From the NCBI RefSeq assembly GCF_009914755.1, contig NC_060928.1: DNA of 64,000 nt; one strand, 5' to 3'. The notes below the pieces were generated by a model. That model made no database searches. It was not told where the DNA came from and saw only the letters and a list, made by a program, of their open reading frames with translations. Positions 55,700 through 64,000 of this stretch are shown piece after piece; positions within the stretch are counted from its first letter, which is position 1, and each line of letters opens with the position of its first letter. The translations under genes were made by a program, and so were the position numbers. The stretch is from the human T2T-CHM13v2.0 reference genome, Homo sapiens.

Positions 55700-58600
55700 A
55701 AATACAATACTGTTAAGTATAGCCACAACATTGTGCAGCAGATCTCTAGAATTTATGCATCTTGTTTCACTGAAACTTTATACCCATTGAACAGCAACTC
55801 CCAAGTCTCTCTTTTCCTAGTCACTGGAAGCCAACATGCTACTCTCTGATTCTATGAGTTTGACTGGTTTAGATGCCTTACAGAAGTGGAAGCATGCAGT
55901 GTTTGCCTCTGTGTTATTTCACTTAATATTATTTTCTGAAGGTTTTTTTATGTTGTCACATATGGCAGGATTGTTAGATCATATGGAATTTCTATTTTTT
56001 TTTTTTTTTTTTTTTGAGACAGGGTCTCACTCTGCTACCCAGACTGGCAATGCAGTGGCAGGATCTCGGCTCACTGCAACCTCCGCCTCCCAGGCTGAAG
56101 CGATTCTCCTGCGTCAGCCTCCTGAGTAGCTGGGATTACAGGCGCATGCCCCTACCGCCTGTCTAATTTTTGTATTTTTAGTACAGATGGGGTTCACCAT
56201 GTGGAAGTTCTATTTTTAATTTCTTAAGAACCTCTACATTGCTTCCATAGTGTCTGCAATATTTTATATTCTCACCTACAGTGTACAAGAGTTTTGATTT
56301 CTCCATATCCAAGCCAACAATTGTGTGTGTGTTTGCTTGTGTGCATCTGTGCTAAAAAATACATCCTAAGAGTTGTGAATTCATATATCATCACGGTTCA
56401 GATTTTTCTGATGATTAATTATATTGAGCATTTTATCATACAGCTGATTGGCCATGTGTGTAACTTCCTTGGAGAAATGTTTTTTCAGGTATTTTTCCAT
56501 TTATTTTTTCATTTATTAATTAGGGTTTCTTTTTTTGCTTTTTGTTATTGTCACAGTTATATAAATATTTTGGTTTTTAACCCCTTATCAGATACATATC
56601 TTGACAGTATGTCTCCTGTTTCATAGATTGCCTTTATACACTGTTGACTGTTTTCTTTGCTGTGTAGAATATTTTTTTTTTGTTTCACACAATTCCACCT
56701 GTTTGTATTTGCTTTGTTGTCTGTGCTTTTCAGATCATATTCAAAAAAATTGTCCAGACCAATGTTATGAAGCTTTTGCTTTATATTTTCTTCTGGGAAA
56801 TCTATAGTTTCAAGTCCTATGTTTAAGACTTTTATCTATTTTGAGTAGATTTTTTGTGTAGTGAATAGTAAGGATAAAATTTTATTTATCTTTTGTGGAT
56901 ATCCAGTGTTCATAGTACCATTTATTTAAGAGACTGACATTCCTCATTGAATGTACTTGGCATTCTTGTTGAAGATCAGTTGACTGTATATTTGTGGCTT
57001 TATTTTTGGGCTCTATATTCTGTGACATAGGTCTATATATCTGTCTTAATTTGAACAGCAGACTATATTAATTATTGTAGCATTTAATATATTTTGATAT
57101 AAGAAAATGTGATGCCTCCAGCTTTGTTGGACTTTCTCCTCAAGATTGTTTCAGCTCCTTCATGAGTCTTTAATGAGCAGTCATGGCTCATTATGAATTT
57201 AAAAATAATATCTAATTTTACAAAAAATGTCATGGGTCTTTTAATAGGAATTATATTGAATTAGTGAATTGCTTTAGATAGCATGAATGTTTAAACAGTA
57301 TTGTTTTTCTGTCAACATACCTTTCCAAAATAGTGTATTTTTAATTGCATTCATCAATGTTTTGTAGTTTTTGATAACACTTTCACCTACTTGTTTATTT
57401 CTATATACTTGTTTCTGTATAGGATTCTTTTTCTTAATTCCTTTTTCTAATTATTTTTTGTTAGTATACAGAAAGATAACTGATTTTTGTATGTTGATTT
57501 TGTATTCTGCAAATTTACTGAATTATTAGTTTTAAGAGTATTTTGGGGAGTACTTAGGGTTTTTCACATATAATATCATGTCATCTTCAAACAGAGGTGA
57601 TTTTCCTTTCTGTGTTATATACTTTTATTTATTTTTATTGTCTAATGGTTTCAGCTGGTACTCCAGTACTATGTGGAATAGAAGTAGCAAGAGTAGGGTC
57701 CTTGCCTTGTCCTGATATTAGATAAGAACATTTCAGTTTGTTTTTGTTGTTGTTGTTTACCATTGAATATGATAAGCTGTGGGCTTTTCATAAATACTCT
57801 TTCTTTTCTTTTCTTCTTTTTTTTTTTTTTTTGAGACAGTCTCGCTCTATCATCCAGGCTGGAGTGCAGTGGCACAAACTAGGTAGGCTCACTGCAACCT
57901 CTGCCTCCCAGGTTCAAGCAATTCTCCTACCCTACCCTCCCGAGTAGCTGGGATTACAAGTGCATGCCACCACGCCGGCTAATTTTTGTGTTTTAGTAGA
58001 GATGGGATTTCACCAAGTTGACCAGGCTGGTCTCAAACTCCTGAACTCAGGTGATCCACCCGTCTAGGCTTCTCAAAGTGCTGGGATTACAGGCTTGAGC
58101 CACCGTGCTCAGCTGTTCTTTCTTATTTTAAGGTAATTTCCTTCTATTTCTATTTTGTTGAGAGACTTTTTTCTTTTTTATTCATAAACTATTGTTCAGT
58201 TGTGTCAAATGCTCTATCTGCATCTGCCGAGATGTTTGTGTGGTCTTCATTCATCATTCTGTTAATGTGTATCACATTTGCTGATTTTTGTATGTTCAAC
58301 AATCCTTCATTCTAGGGATAAATTTCATTTAGTCATGATGAATGAACCTCTTAATATGCTGCGGAATTAAGTTTCCCAATTTTCTGTTGAGGAATTTTTC
58401 ATCTATGTTTATTAACAATATTGGACTGTTTTTTATCTTCTTCTTCTCATTATTCTATTTCTGTCGCGTGTTTGTCTGGGTTTGTTATCAGTATAATGCT
58501 GCTCTCATAAAATGAGTTTGAAAGTATCTTTTTCTTTTCAGATTTTTGGAAAAGATTATAAAGAAAAAGCATTAATTATTTTTCAAGTGTTTGGTAGTGA

Positions 58601-59385
58601 AGCCATCTGGTGCTGGCTTTTCTTTGTTGGGAAGTTTTGATTACTAATTCAATCTCCTTATTCATTATTGTTAGGTTCTGAAAATATATTTATTCATGAC
58701 TCAGTCTTAGTAGGTTGTACGTTCTTATGAATATATCAATTTCTTCTACGTTGTCCAGTTTGTTGGTTAATAACTGTTCATAGTAGGCTCTTATAATCTT
58801 TTCTATTCTGAGGCATTAGTTGCAATGCCTCTTTCATTTTTTATTTTATTTGATTATTCTATTTTTCTTTTTAGTCTAGCTATTTGAAAATTTTATCTTT
58901 TCAAAAAAAAACCTCATCTTAGATTTGTTGATTTATTTTCCATTTTTCCATTCTTAATTACATGTATTTCAGCTCAAATATATATTATTTCTTTTTTTTC
59001 TGCCAACGTTGGGCTTAGTTTGTTCTTTCTTGGCTCTTTTATGTGTAATGTTAGCCTGATAATTTGGATATCTTGTTTTTTTCTTTTTTAATATAGTTGT
59101 GACTACTATAAACTTCCCTCTTAGGGGTGTTTTTGCTGCATCCTGTAAATTTTGGTATGTTGTGTTTTTATTTTCACTTATCTCAAATTTTTTATCTAAT
59201 TTTCTTTTTCACTTGCTCTTTTATGTATTGCTTATTCGACAGTGTGTTGTTTATTTTTTATGTAAGTTTGACTATTCTACTTTTATTTCCACTATTGATT
59301 TTGAGTTTTATTCTAGATGGCTGGAAACCATAGTTGATATGATTTCAATCTTAAATTTGTTAACATTTGCTTTGTGACTTAACGT
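55700..59385 (-). mobile_element. Old L1M element interrupted by Alus (~55995-56202 and ~57800-58113)
   Basis: Reverse L1 3' UTR/ORF2 motifs and Alu bodies with T-tails. Confidence 0.8.
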
Positions 59386-63900
<4,515 letters not shown>

Positions 63901-64000
63901 TTTGGGAAAACCAAAATCATTTTTAGCTGAAATGGAAAATAATTAAAAAGAAGAAAAATGTGTACATCAGTGAAGTAAATATTCTACTGTATTTTGCTCC

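Overview
Primate (very probably human chr4q13) genomic DNA from the UGT2B cluster. It is AT-rich and more than half transposon-derived. The only intact gene is UGT2B4 on the minus strand: 6 exons of 721+149+132+88+220+277 nt, giving 528 aa plus stop, all introns GT-AG, D458 allele. Downstream, in the same orientation, is an unprocessed UGT2B pseudogene (exons 1-4 seen, exons 5-6 not found). Its exon 1 is split by a 5.4-kb ERV1 provirus that contains an LTR12, a second solo LTR and two tail-to-tail Alus, each with a readable target-site duplication (TSD). Most notable structures: (i) a ~350-bp near-perfect palindrome in pseudogene intron 1; (ii) the site matching the UGT2B4 FXR/PPAR element lies inside a solo LTR nested in Tigger1; (iii) an inverted templated duplication of an L1-tail/(GAAA)n/L1-5'UTR junction; (iv) an apparent L1 3' transduction; (v) inverted Alus around exon 5, whose skipping gives a 369-aa isoform. 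There are no RNA genes, CRISPR arrays or prokaryotic systems. Repeat subfamily names come from recalled consensus sequences and need confirming with RepeatMasker/Dfam.
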